From Lingula anatina (Eukaryota; Animalia; Brachiopoda), in NCBI GenBank assembly GCA_051362555.1, contig CM120640.1, positions 57,514,788 through 57,578,787 of the forward strand: a stretch of 64,000 nucleotides of DNA, in the 5' to 3' direction. This document shows positions 1-12,700 of the stretch, in pieces (the stretch's first letter is position 1; each line of letters starts with the position of its first letter). A program made the translations under genes and the position numbers. The notes under the pieces were generated by a model. It did no database searches. It was not told the origin of the DNA and worked only from the letters and a program-made list of their open reading frames with translations.

Positions 1-1042
1 ATTTATTCACGGCAGAGTATGTCTGTTGCAAAAGGTATTTTGCGTGAAATTGTTTTTTCATGTTTGTGAATGACAAAAAGGAAAATAGTCTATGCATGGT
101 TAAACATTGAAGGAAACAATTGCTGAACAGAGAAAAGACAGAAAGTAATTGACAAAATGGCTAATTTCACATTTTTTGGCCGATAAAGTCTAAAAAGCGC
201 CTCTTAAGAAAAAAATCAAGATACCAATAATTACACAATGCAGCAGGAATAGTATTGATAGGTGGTAGAAATTCTTGAAACCGAAAATGACATTTTACCT
301 GCGTCTGTCACGTAATCCAAGGGATTGTGCACAGGACTCGGTAAAATGTATCTATAAAGTATGCAAAATCATATTGTGTCGTAACATTGGTTAGATACTG
401 ACCAAGGTATCCTGCCTTGACGACATCAATATGAACCAGTACTAATACTTGCTGTCAGTGGTTTAGTTTATACGTTAATTTGAATGTTTCCAACGATAAC
501 GCTTGTTGTACAGAAAACAGCCATCTCATTTTCCGCGTGTTATCTCTGCAAAAACTCTAACTAACTCTAAAGTAGGCCTACGTAATATTGCTTTGACAAA
601 GTAACTAATTTGAAGTTGACAAGCAGATAGTGATTGTAAGTATCTGCATGACAGTTTTATCTTCACTTAAACGCCTTGCACTGTCAAGCCATTTTAAAAG
701 AGCTACAAATCGATTTACTATCAGGATAAAAACCTACACAGCGTTTAGTTTGTGGAGCGTTGCCTTGTCTCAAGAACTGAATATCAGAAAACGATTGGCA
801 GTAGATTGATAGGACGCTCTCGAATTTGTTCAACGACATGTATTGTAATTTTTGCCCGAATAGCATTCTGCCGCATGCCTGACCTGATGTATGACTAAAT
901 ATACTTTGGTGTATATACTTGTACTTCAGAAAAAATTACGTCATATGCAACATGCACCTCAGACGGGTGTCAATGCACAAAAATATGGGGGCAGCAAGGA
1001 ATCTGAAACTGGCATCATAAGTCGTCGTATCATCCATGGCAC

Positions 1043-1046
<4 letters not shown>

Positions 1047-1088
<42 letters not shown>
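1047..1088. repeat. (AG)n microsatellite
   Basis: About 21 uninterrupted AG units; explains the ERERER run in spurious ORF 891..1217. Confidence 0.95.
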
Positions 1089-1091
<3 letters not shown>

Positions 1092-1903
1092 CATGCGACA
1101 GCATTATCTCATAACATGACAAAGAAAATTGCCGCATTATTTAAGCGAAAGTGGAAAAATACCTTTAAACTTATCGACCCCTCAAGCTTGGGGGTGACTC
1201 GCGTTTACAGATCTTGACTCAGAGGCCAGTTACTTGCGTCCACCGAAGTTAATTAGTAGTTGATCGACCTGATGGCTTAATTGAATCTTTGGGTACTGTC
1301 TCTTATCTAAGATCCACTAAACTAATATTGCTGTTCTGCAGATTTCACGTGTTAAGACGGAAAGAATTTTTTTGAATGTCGGACACTTCACCTTAATTTC
1401 TCCTTTTCAAAATGTAAATTTTATTAACTAAGATCAATTGTGCGTTACAAGTGGGAACATTTTTTTCTGTCACACATGTACTGTTTTTTTTTTCACCTCA
1501 TACACGGGCTGTTGTGAAAACGAAAATTGAGTGATGAGGACTTTGGATAGAATAGAACATCAGTTTCGGGTAAAACTATCGCTTACTTTCTACCCAGCTT
1601 GCTTCCGAGTTTGTTCCAAAATTCAGACAAGAAAAGGTCTACATTTATGTTAATTTACCAAACATTTCATTTAGAAATGAGCACATGTTGGCTGGGGATG
1701 ACAGTATTTCCATCCCACTAACACATATTTGTCCTCCTTTCCTGACACTCGTCCTAATTCTTTAACAATCTCGGGATTAAAAAGTCAAATCCCGCAATCA
1801 CTTCGAGCATTGCTTTCCGGGTTGCGCGCGAATAAAGAACTGTGCCAAAATGAACATAAATGAAAATTACCAAACAAAAACCGAAAGACTTTCATATCGC
1901 TAA

Positions 1904-2266
1904 AGGTACATATGAACCAAGCATCGGTGGAGCGTGGATTCTCAGTAACACATATAAACCACTTATACTAGTTTCTTATATGACTCAAATAAAATCAACA
2001 TGCCAAGGGATAAGCTGAATAAATCACTCGATCTGCCATAAGAGAGCTGTAGACTGCCACTTTCTTTAAATTTATGGTCAGAAATTTAACCTACTTTCGT
2101 CACCTACTTTTCTGTCCCATTGATATAAAGCATAGAACTCTTGCAGAAAATCCGTTCAAATATAATTTTTCGGGTAAAATTAAACAGTGCCTTTTGGTAA
2201 TTTTCTAACTATATGCTGGCATTTAGTTAGCTTTTGTGGCAAAAAAAATTAAGTTCATGAGCATCT
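1904..2266. mobile_element. Non-autonomous DNA transposon (Kolobok-like), copy 1
   Basis: Imperfect TIRs AGGTACATATGAAC / GTTCATGAGCATCT, flanked by CTAA and TTAA. The body from ~1943 is repeated at ~8293-8629. TTAA target with purine-purine termini is the Kolobok pattern; family assignment is inference. Confidence 0.6.
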
Positions 2267-4063
2267 TTAACTGATCTGAGGACCAGAATAGAGACGTAAC
2301 TCTAATAAATGTCAGGTAGATCGACACTTCCCCCCCCCCCCTCCGCCCCTATTCATGGGTGGCTGGTGGCAGCTGATGCCGATAGCCTCTCGTAACATAC
2401 GTGGTAAGTTTGATGATTCGGATTTAAGGATCTTGGTTGAATTCCAGTTGATACTTTGGTCGGTGTCTATTACGTGTTCAGAAATGGCAAAACTGGTAGA
2501 CAGGTAGACAGTTGAAGACCAGGGTTAGTAAACACAGAAAATCAGTGACTGTCGGCAATACCAGAAATTCTTCTTCCCAGCGGGGAAAAACGTTGTTTCA
2601 ACGTTGAAAAAATGTTGGACTTCAAGACTGACAAGTAGTTGTATTAGAATTGGATATGAAATTTGGATCAACTTCAGTTTACGACATTGATCTAACGTCA
2701 GAAAACATCTTCTTTTCAATCAAAAGAAATTAAAACGATTTAGATATTCATTTATTCTGATAGCAATCCGTTAAACCTGTTGTTAAATTATAGGCTTCTA
2801 ATTGGTCGGTTACAATCCCTGTTAAATAACAGCCGTGATCAGATATGCATGTATCGGAATTTCCGACATTTCGAACTTCAGCAAACATAAAAACTTTAAT
2901 TTTTCACAGGAATAGCATGACAATGTAATAAATGACACATGCTTGCCATGACCATGCCAGTGCTATTACATTTTTGTAAGAATGGCCAGAATAAGTAGTC
3001 GTGATTTTGATTAAAATCAATTAAGGATTACCTTGATGCGTCTACGTTGCTCAAACTGATATATTTGCTGATCTAGGTGGCTTCTAGCGTGGAGGCAATG
3101 TACGCGGGGAGTTCAAATATTTAGGGGGATCCGTTAATATCTCACGGACGCTCAAACACATGCAGTCTCCTCCACACACACGCCCGGACGAAATGCACTT
3201 CTCAACGATTTCTTAATTGGAAATTATCTTGTCCTCGGTTCTGCCGTCACGCCATGCCAGTAAGTGATTTTCCCCTCCAATGTAGTTTCAGTTGAAACAG
3301 AAAATCATCACAAAAGACACCATGGGAATAACAAAGCAGCAAAGTTGTCAAATGTACAGACCGATAACAGGAACAGAACTGTTAAGTATCAGGTGAAATA
3401 TTGGCATCCAGTGAATTTCCTGTGAAATGAAGGAAATTGCATAAAATATATTCAAAAAGAATGATTTATTTAAAGCGTTTTTTATTCGCCTGCATACGAG
3501 TTACATGTATTAGTATAAAACGACCTTCCAGGTGGACCCCTACTTTAGTGCTATGAATGCATAAGTCTGAGAAAAGTAATATACCTGATTTTAACTTTTA
3601 ACTGAACAAGATTCAATGCTGAAAAAAATACAGAAATATTTTTTTAGAATTTGTAAAAAAAGAGGTGGGGGATCTTCCATTCCAAATCGGCCTGCATTTC
3701 AAGGAATGTATACTGTCCGTTTGTATGCTGGCGGGAGGGGTAAATTAATTACTTCAGCAAATTTAATCTGATAAAGCTGATATTGGAAATAATCTGGAAC
3801 CCATGGGTTATATAAATACATAAAAATCATAAGAACATATATTAGAAAGATATATTAGAAAGATATATATATGTACATAGGCCTCTATATTTTTAAAACC
3901 CGCACATTTGCTTGTTAGCAAAATATGCTCGGTTATTATTGATCTTTTCAATTCGGATTCGATCCAATCTCCCTGGGGAGAATAAAACCCTGACTTCTGC
4001 ACATATGGCTCAAGGAATTAGCATTCACAAAGAGTAGCACCACCATATGTCTTTTTATCTATA

Positions 4064-4184
4064 TGCTGAGTGCTTAAGCCTAGGTCCCAACTACGTTTTT
4101 GACGCACGGTTTTTAGGTTCCGTGCGTCCGGCTAGGACGTAGCGAGGAGACAGCAGGTAGCATTTTCATGGTCATTGGTTTATG
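4064..4184 (-). mobile_element. SINE-like fragment interrupted by the LINE
   Basis: GCTGAGTGCT...AGCGAGGAGACAGCAGGTAGCATTTTCATGGTCATTGGTTTATG continues as ACC after the LINE at 7626. It resembles, from memory, the reverse complement of a widespread invertebrate tRNA-SINE central domain. Confidence 0.4.
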
Positions 4185-4185
4185 T

Positions 4186-4428
4186 ATGAAGGAAATACTG
4201 ATGAATGCATCCACATTGCAACACAATTCAAAATTCTCAAATATTCGCTTGAAAAGAGATCAACACCCTTCGATTCGGAACGAGTGGAAAAGGTTATTTG
4301 CAGCAGAGGCGGATGAGAAGAAAAAACCAGAGAACGTTGGACACAATATTTATTTGGATAAAAAGTCCCGCACACTGCTGAGGGATGGCTTCGTAATTGA
4401 CCGGTTTGCGATTCAGGATTTTCGATAA
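4186..4428 (+). pseudogene. LINE ORF1 C-terminal remnant
   Basis: IRLKRDQHPSIRNEWKRLFAAEADEKKKPENVGHNIYLD...LLRDGFVIDRF lies directly upstream of and overlaps ORF2; truncated at the insertion junction. Confidence 0.7.
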
Positions 4429-7400
4429 GCGAGCAGAAACAATCAATTTCAATTTTATCATGGAATATTAATGGTGTGAAAAATAAATTGGATCAAAACT
4501 ATGTGCAAAACTTAGCTCAGGATATAGACATGATATTTTTGAATGAAATCAAAACGGATTTACATTTTTCCTTACCCGGATATGTTACTTACATTAGCAC
4601 TGGCGGGAAACAAAATACCCACCGTGGTGGGTGTGCCGTTCTGCTTCGACATACTTTGAATGCAGCGATATCTTCGATGGATGTTTCAAAACCGGACCAA
4701 ATAAGTTTTTCGGTATCGTTATTTCGTAATGTTACATTCATTTCTAGATACATCCCACCGAAATCATCCCCATGTTTCTCAATGAGCTCTATTGGAAATC
4801 TTAATTCAGAAATTCAAACAGCATTAGAGAAAAACCGACATGTGGTGTTATTGGGGGATTTAAATTGTCGCTTTGCATATCTAAGGAAATTATTTTTGAG
4901 CAATACTGAGGATGACTGGTATTACTCAGAAGCCAAAGACAAGATAGCATACCCTAACGATAACGCACATTTACTGACAGGTATGCTCAATCCTCTTGTC
5001 CTTATTAATGGTTTAACAACGAAAACTTGCACGTTTTCAAACGACCTCACGTTTAGAATGAGTGAAAACTGGATATCGGAGTTAGACCACTGTTTTGTGT
5101 CGTCCGCAATTATCCCTTCAACGGTGAACTTTACTGTGCTTAAAGACACGAATCTGCCTTCCAACCACGCGCCAATTATAGTAACTTTTGATTCTAATAA
5201 ATGGAACTCGCCCAGCACCCGCTTAGAATGTCTATTACGGCGGGTTAAAAATTTAGGCGGATATGATCAGTTTTTACAGCAGAGTATACGTCGGTATAAT
5301 GAGCAAAGTTTTAAGTGGAATGATATGAACAAACAAAAGTTCACAAATTTTCTGCTATCTGTACCGCCACCGACGATGGACAGTGCTGGAATTAATGAGA
5401 TATCAGAGGGAGTCAACAATATTATGCGAACGGCATGCAGGATATCTAAAACTAACCATGTAGAGAAAACGGAGCGTCAAAACGACCAATGCAAAAACCC
5501 ACAGAGTAGATGGTCCAAGTTAATGAATAGTAAAGACAGTCGGTCAGTATGGCAAGCAATTAGTTGGAAAGGCGCTACTGACAATACAAAAACGAACAAC
5601 GACACGCCCACAGATGAGCAGTTTAAAACACACTTCGAAGGACTCTTGAGTACGGATAACCGCGAACCATTGTTCATCGAAACCGAAGCATCGCATCCAT
5701 ACATACCGATAACAGACGAGCCAATTTCAGCCCGCGAGGTATCAGACTGTATTAGAACAGTGAAGCCAAATAAAAGCGGGGGTCCATCGGGCATACCCCC
5801 AGGGTTGGTAAAAGCTCTGCCGGACACGTGGGTTATATTCCTAGCTTCGTTCTTCAGCTTGATTTTTTCTAGTGCCACAGTCCCACCGAGATGGGCGTAT
5901 AGCCGCCTAAGTGTTATCTTTAAAAAGGGCACAAGATTAGATTGCAGTAACTATCGTGGGATCTCCATTATGGATACTTTTGGAAAATTGTATGATGCGG
6001 TCTTGTGTTCTAGACTTGAAAAATGGTTCAAGCCTTCGCGAGAGCAAGCGGGTGCTCAGAAAGGACGAGGGTGCATAGAACAAGTGTTAAGCCTCAGACT
6101 GCTTATTGACTATGCATTATGCAAAAAAGTAAAACTTTTTATTGTGTTCGTCGATTTTTCTAAAGCATACGATCGAATTCCACGACAAGCTCTGATTAGA
6201 TCTTTATGCCGCCTTGGGTGCGGCATGGCTATGATTAGTGCAATTATTGCTTTATACAATGATACTAAATTCATACTAGGAGCCACTGTGATTACTGCGA
6301 CGATCGGCGTGCGCCAAGGCAGCCCATCTAGTTGTTTTCTGTTTACCCTATATATCGACGAGTTCGTCAGAGACCTACGGTCTTTAATACCTCATGATGG
6401 TTTCTTGGGTTGGTTACATTGCCTTTTACTAATGGACGACACTGCCATTCTGGCCACTAGTAGAGAGATGGCTGAGAGAAAATTACATATTCTGATTAAT
6501 TTCTGCCAGAGATCAGGGATGACGATTAACAATGACAAAACGGAGTTTATGGTGATAAACGGGGAAGAACGAGATAAAATACCTTTGACAGCTATAGATG
6601 TATCGGTTAAAAATTGTAAAGTGTATACATATCTAGGGGTAATGTTTAGCCAGACTGGCGGTTGCGTTGAAGCGGTCAGACAACAAATTTCCACAAAACA
6701 ATCTCAACTTCTAAAGTTTGCGTCTTTTATTTCGAAAAACGCTGACTTCCCATTTCCTATAAAAAAAAAAGGTTATGGAAGCAGCATTGATATCTTCGGT
6801 GCTGTATGGCTGTGAATCCTGGTTATGTTCAAGTTACAAAACAGCACAGTCGTCCTATCATGCAATTATTAAAACTTTATTAAATGTCAGGCAGAGCACT
6901 CCTAATGACTTAATACTAGCCGAATTAGGAATACCCGAACTGAGCGCCAGGGTACGCGCGGCGCAAAGATCCTATATGACTAAGAATCTTCAGACACGAT
7001 CTGGCATGGAGGATGATCCTTTGATGCATGTGTGGCGGCTTTGTAACGACAACGCCACCAGGGGAGCCCGATATCTGACCAAAGTGGTTAACTCTAATAA
7101 CATTACAGAAGCAAATAGAGCTGAATTAAAGAATCGAATTAGAAATTCAACCAGAACTAAATATGCTACATACTGTAAGATGAATCCTAACTTGTCCATA
7201 CACGACATGTATTCATCATACAGTCTCAGGGAACGGGACAGGATAGCCTGTTCCCGGTTACGGCTAAGTGCTCATAGTTTAGCTATTGAAACGGGGAGAT
7301 GGTCACGCCGCCCCAGAAATATGAGACTGTGTACATGTGGAACTGATGTTCAGACGGAGGAGCATGTAATTTGTTTCTGTCAAAAAACGAAACAGTTAAG

Positions 7401-7530
7401 AGAAGACTACAATAGGCTAGACTTTTCAGACATTACGTCTTTCTTTAACAATACGGGTGACATTAATACAATGGCTAATTATGCCCATAGATGTTTGATG
7501 TTGTCGGAGACGGAAAGGCCGGAGGATTAA
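4401..7530 (+). CDS. LINE ORF2: AP endonuclease + reverse transcriptase, one frameshift in the A10 run at 6761-6770
   Basis: The frame is open from 4401. APE motifs: ILSWNING (upstream of the called GTG), FLNEIK, LLGDLN, SELDHCF, SNHAPI. RT motifs: FKKG...NYRGIS, FVDFSKAYD, GVRQGSPSS, LMDD, YTYLG. The C-terminus in ORF 6775..7530 has RLSAHSLAIETGRW...LCTC...EEHVICFC. Removing one A joins PIKKK to VMEAAL. Confidence 0.92.
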
Positions 7531-8292
7531 CTGTATATGTAATTTACTTTTTGTTTTGTTTTGTTTAATATTGTATTCTGCTCGGAGACGGTTAAATAAA
7601 GAATCTATCTATCTATCTATCTATGACCATTCGCTGTTTATAAGGATTGTATACAGTATGTGCTGAAAAACAGGATGCTGTTCAAACTTGATATGTATTA
7701 TGTAACACGGCAGTGTTATACAATTTGTCTCAGTCTTAAAATTACATTCACAATCATGGAAGAGAAACCAAAATTAGAAACAAAATTCTCGGCAGAGTAA
7801 TCTATTCAGATAATTGAAGGTACACAATGTACACTCCTTTCAGATGACAGAAAAGGGAGACCTGGTGACGAGTCTAAAATCGTAGATGTACTTTGGCCTC
7901 ATTATTTCCATTTGACTCTTTTGATCTCTTCCTCCAAAAACAGTCGCCACACCTGAGATAATTTCGTTAAAGCCAGTCCCAGGTCCGAGCGTTATGTAAC
8001 CTTCCAACCCGGAGAATATATCCATATTCAGGGCAACTGTAACAAACATTGGAGTCGACCGTTTATATCGGATATGGTTATTTATACTAACTAATAGTTT
8101 TACGGCACGCAGGAATCAGTACGATTCCCTTTAAAATCTGGGCCTCTAAAGTAGAAAGAGAGAGACCACGGGAGATCGTCACGACTGTCCCTGCCTGCGT
8201 GCCAGATAGCCCGTGTGTGAAGAATAAAAATCTACATGAACTACAATTGAAGTCGTTTTGCGTTTTCAAGCCGCCGTTCTCTTAAAAATTCC

Positions 8293-8629
8293 CAGTAACA
8301 CATATAAACCACTTCTACTAGTTTCTTATACGACTAAAATAAACCCGACATGCCAAAAGCTAAACTGAATAAATCACCCGAGCAGCCATAAAAGAGATTT
8401 AAACTGCTTCTTTCTTTAAATTTTTGTCAAAAATTAAACCTACTTTCGTGGCCAACTTTTCTGCCCCACTGATATACAGCTAGAATCCTAGCAGAAAAAT
8501 CCGTTCAAATATCATTTTTCGGGTAAAATTAAACATTGCCTTTCGGTAATTTTCTTAGTTATACTACTTAAAACTATACGCTGGCATTTAGGTGGCTTTT
8601 GTGGCAAAAAATTGACTTCGTATGCATCT
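8293..8629. mobile_element. Kolobok-like element, copy 2
   Basis: Colinear with 1943-2266 (CAGTAACACATATAAACCACTT...CTTTTGTGGCAAAAAA...GCATCT|TTAA). Confidence 0.7.
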
Positions 8630-8704
8630 TTAAGAAGAATACAAAAAATCTAGTGATCATACGAGTACGTTGGAAACAAGAGGTGTGTCACTGATTGCAC
8701 TCAA

Positions 8705-9450
8705 AGAGAGTTCCCGCAGAGGGCAGATCCACGTAGACCGATTGTATCTATAATAATGGGTCTTAGACTGCTTTCACATAAACCCATCGTACTAGCTGGA
8801 TAAATCCAAATATACGGGGTATTTTCGTTAAGTGCAGTTAGTGTTATCAGCTGACGCGCCTCCTCGAGTGAAAGAACTTCCGAGAGCCGAGAGAGCACGA
8901 TTGTTAATTACCCCCTTGCTGCACTAGGAAGCATGTCAGACAATTAAACCGATTACATTGACTGTTAAGCGGAAATACCCGCAGAGTTGGGTCGATCCAG
9001 CTAGTACGATAGATTTATCTCCCTTAGACTGCGTTCCCATAGGCCCAACGTACTAGATGGATCGATCTAACTCTGCGGGGCTTCTCGCTAAAGTGCTTTC
9101 ATTGTTATCAGCTTAATTATCTGGCACGCCCCCTTGAGTAAATAGAGGTCAATTGACCATCGTTAATTCCCCCTTAGAAGCTTGAGTAGGCGTGTCAGAC
9201 ATTTAAGACATCCAGCAAGTAAGGGTGCTTTCCCAGAGATTTAGATCGATCTAAAGATTAAGTTTTAGATTGACCTAACTCCCTGGGGGTTCACGCTAAA
9301 TTGCAGTCAGCCGAGCGGGCACCATAGTTAATTACCCCCTTACAGCTTTTAGTAGGCGGGACAGACGCTTAAGCCGGCCAAGCTGACAGTAATCTAGTGA
9401 GACTCCCCACAGGGATAGATCGATCTAAAAATCTATGGAAATGGGGTGTA
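8705..9450. mobile_element. Cluster of 3-4 related palindromic MITEs (TAGATCGATCTA family, PIF/Harbinger-like)
   Basis: Recurrent TAGACTGC(G/T)TT, TAGATCGATCTA and GTTAATTACCCCCTT motifs. 9221-9450 is the reverse complement of 18660-18860, and a fragment occurs at ~50050-50120. Confidence 0.7.
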
Positions 9451-9552
9451 AGATATGGTTTATAGGAACGCTCCCTTAGTGTGCTATGCCATGGATCACT
9501 CCAATGAGCTTCAGGATTATCACTCACACTGTTTACCATTAAGGATATAATC

Positions 9553-9770
9553 CAGGGGCGGATCCAGGGTTATTTGAAGGGGGGAGTCAGCGGTGCGAAG
9601 CCGACCCCCCCCCCCCCCCGAAGTTCGAGGAAGGGCCATTTGGCACGGTTTAGAACTATGATTTAACTAGTCAAAATTCTAATTTCAAGAGGGGAATATT
9701 AGTGAGATATTTTTCAGAAATCAAAGTGGGGGGGTCAGGACCCCTATGCCCCCCTCTAAATCCACCACTG
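9553..9770. mobile_element. hAT-like MITE with 5-bp TSD
   Basis: TIRs CAGGGGCGGAT / ATCCACCACTG; TAATC duplicated at 9548-9552 and 9771-9775. Confidence 0.8.
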
Positions 9771-12700
9771 TAATCACCCTTCGCCCACCTTCAAAACACC
9801 TTACCTACTGCATTACATAAATTCTTTTGGGTAAAAGATAAATCTTCAGTGTTCGTTGACTAAATTAATTAACATTTACACATTTGTCATCTTACGGGTG
9901 ACGTCATAATTGCGATTTTGGGGTAATAATTGAAAAATCGATATCTCAAATTTCTCTTTTACCTGAGCACCCACGATCACTGCTTCAACACCGATTTATT
10001 GACACCACTTAGTACTCCAATATCCTGCCAGCAATTTTCTTAAAAGTCTTAGTTCAGATTTTATCGTTGATAAAGAAAAATAATGCCTTTGTATAACGAA
10101 AATCTGTAATTAGGGGCTCATAATTCCAAAACAACAAACATGATGGCACGGAATTGTAGCCTATACACTCGTGGTCAACTCTACCAATTTTCGTGATAAA
10201 ATCTTGTTCAGGGATGGATGAAGTTACGCCCCATACCGATTGCTCTCACCTCAAAATAGAAATGTATTAAATAGACGATAGTTTGAGTTACCTATGCTTA
10301 TATATTGCAACGAGAAATATAAACGCTGATATTTCGTATTTCCGATGGGTTATTGTTTTAAATCGGCACAAAGATAGATTGAATAATTAGACGCAGGAAA
10401 CACCTAACTTTCGGTATCTGGATGATAATAAATGGTTACAATACCTTTAAGTGCGTTAACAGTGAAAAGTACACGACAGCAAGAGAAGACACGCTGGTGA
10501 TGTCCGCATGTACAGATACACTGTGTTTGTACATTAAATGTGACTATGGATACCGGGTGCTGCTTTTTTCTGACACGTTCACTTGATGATGAGACAAGTC
10601 TACGCATTAGCCACAGGCACAGCATTTTGGTCTGGTGAACATCAATCGAATTTGATGCCTTTCACCTCTGTGATGTGATCATCCGTAACCGATATTGATC
10701 GTCGCCTAGAAAAGCTCCCTATACATAGCAAACCATGGATTAATGAAAGGTCACAATACGTTGGAAACAATGGACATCTTTAAAACATAAAATTAATGTG
10801 CACCTTTATATCATCGCTTGTCAAATGTGAGATGAACTGCCTTGTCAAGCATTGTGATGTTCATGGCGCATATTTTTAACACAATAGGTGTAAAACACTC
10901 TGTATTCATTCACTGTAAAAATGCGTTCAGCTTGGTGCATATTACATTTTCATGACTGTTCGCAGTACCATTGCAATTAGAACCTTTGAGCTGTACTGAA
11001 GTGAAGTAAATGGAAGGAAACCGCTTATCAAGATGAGGAAGTATATCTGATATTGCATTTCTCGATGTGTTCTAAACAGGAAACTTAAAAGAAACTTTTT
11101 GGTATCTGTACACTGCAAGTAATTTGGCACTTCACTGCTTACACTATGTTTGATATGAAATTTTCTCTGAGCTCTACAGGCAGCATAAAGATATCATCAC
11201 TATCAATTTGACCGTACACGTACCAACGTATATTGTACATGTATCGCATTTTAGAAGCGTTCCTAAGCGTTGCATAATCGATCCTCCTCAATCTCCAACA
11301 CGAGATTATTTTCACTTTTTCGTGGAGTGGCCTTCAGGTCCAATTTCCCGAATATCGGTTCCAGTCTCTTTGGTTTATTCAGCTTCGACGTACGTTATAA
11401 TCATCCCACAGCTTCACCATCAGGGTGTCAAGAATAGGGTGTGCGCATAAAAAGGTTATTTTTTTGTTTATATTACACCAAATATCATGCCAATTGTTAT
11501 GATCTGTTTTGATGAAATGTCTTCGCGACAATTTTTATCTTTCATTAAAGGTACAACAAAAACAATGACTCTGTATCTAATATTCTGAGCAAATGTTAAG
11601 AATTCTGTATGCAATTCCGAATGCAAGCCAACATTGAACTGCATGTTTATTTACTATACACGTATATAAGTTTCAGCCGAGAAATGAGAAGGGCTACCCA
11701 ACCTATTTCACCATTGCCTATACTGTTACCGACTGAAGTGTTATAATTAAATTTGAATACTAATTATTTGTCGAGGACGTAACATTCCTTTTGCTAAGCT
11801 CCAGGCGATTCAATTAATTCATTTCTTTCAGCGCTAGTGTCGCATCCAAGGACGTATCTCGGACTCCCAGACATCCTTAGCCGATAATTTGGACCCTACT
11901 ACCACAGATCGCTTTTGGCACAAAATGGATAGCTGGGGATTTTGTGATTAACAAATTCTCATAATATATATTGAAAAGCTTTTAATTCAAGCTTAACATT
12001 AAATTAATGCTTGTGGTCAACAAATACATCCTTAGTCTCGAACTGGTTTGTGCTCAGATATTTAACTAATTCTTGCAAGAAGAGAAATGACACCTGAGAA
12101 AACTGGTATCATCCAAAAAAGGAGACTAAACTGCTGTAAGAGATTAAGTTAAAATGCATTTTCAGTAATTCAAAATGTACCATTTTGGGTTCACTGATTA
12201 TTTGAACCTATGAGTAGTCTCTGCCTTGACGGGCGAGCTGCCACACCAGTTTTACCACACCAGAATATCTTCACTTAAAAAAGAACACAACAGTATCCCG
12301 TGATCCGAATACTTACTGATCCGCCGACTAAATATGGCCGACCACAGATCAAAAGCGCCGTCGCTGCAGGGGCCTAGCAATTTAAAAGCCTCGGAGCAGA
12401 TATTTAATCCGTTTAAAGTCACTTACACTGCTATTTATGGACATGCTGTTTCTTTCAACCAGTAAATCTTAAAAACAACACTGTTTGTACTTACTGCATA
12501 TCACCATGAAATAAATTCTTGATATCATACATGAAACATCGTATTGAATAGCAATAACGTTACGTGTGTCCATTCCTGTTCAAACCCAAACGGCTTTTGG
12601 TCTGGAGATCCTAAGCAATCGACAATAGCCTTGAGCAAGACCCTTTCATCTTGCTAAAACAGATGGAATTAATTCCTGCGTGTTATATTTGAAAAATTGT

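Larger units (their letters stand above)
4185..7624 (+). mobile_element. 5'-truncated non-LTR retrotransposon (LINE; CR1/L2/RTEX-type architecture)
   Basis: ORF1 C-terminal remnant, then ORF2 with APE and RT domains and a C-terminal Cys/His motif. AATAAA at 7595-7600 and an (ATCT)5 tail at 7603-7624. TATG lies on both sides (4181-4184 and 7622-7625). Confidence 0.93.

Noticed and set aside
891-1217. 108-aa ORF with an ERERER run
   Set aside because: Translation of an (AG)n microsatellite; no recognisable domain.
4922-7208. Minus-strand ORFs 4922..5218, 5477..5932, 6392..6694 and 6990..7208
   Set aside because: Antisense shadows of LINE ORF2.
7840-8049. 69-aa minus-strand ORF with protein-like composition
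   Set aside because: No recognisable motif or splice context, and it may be internal to a transposon-derived segment.
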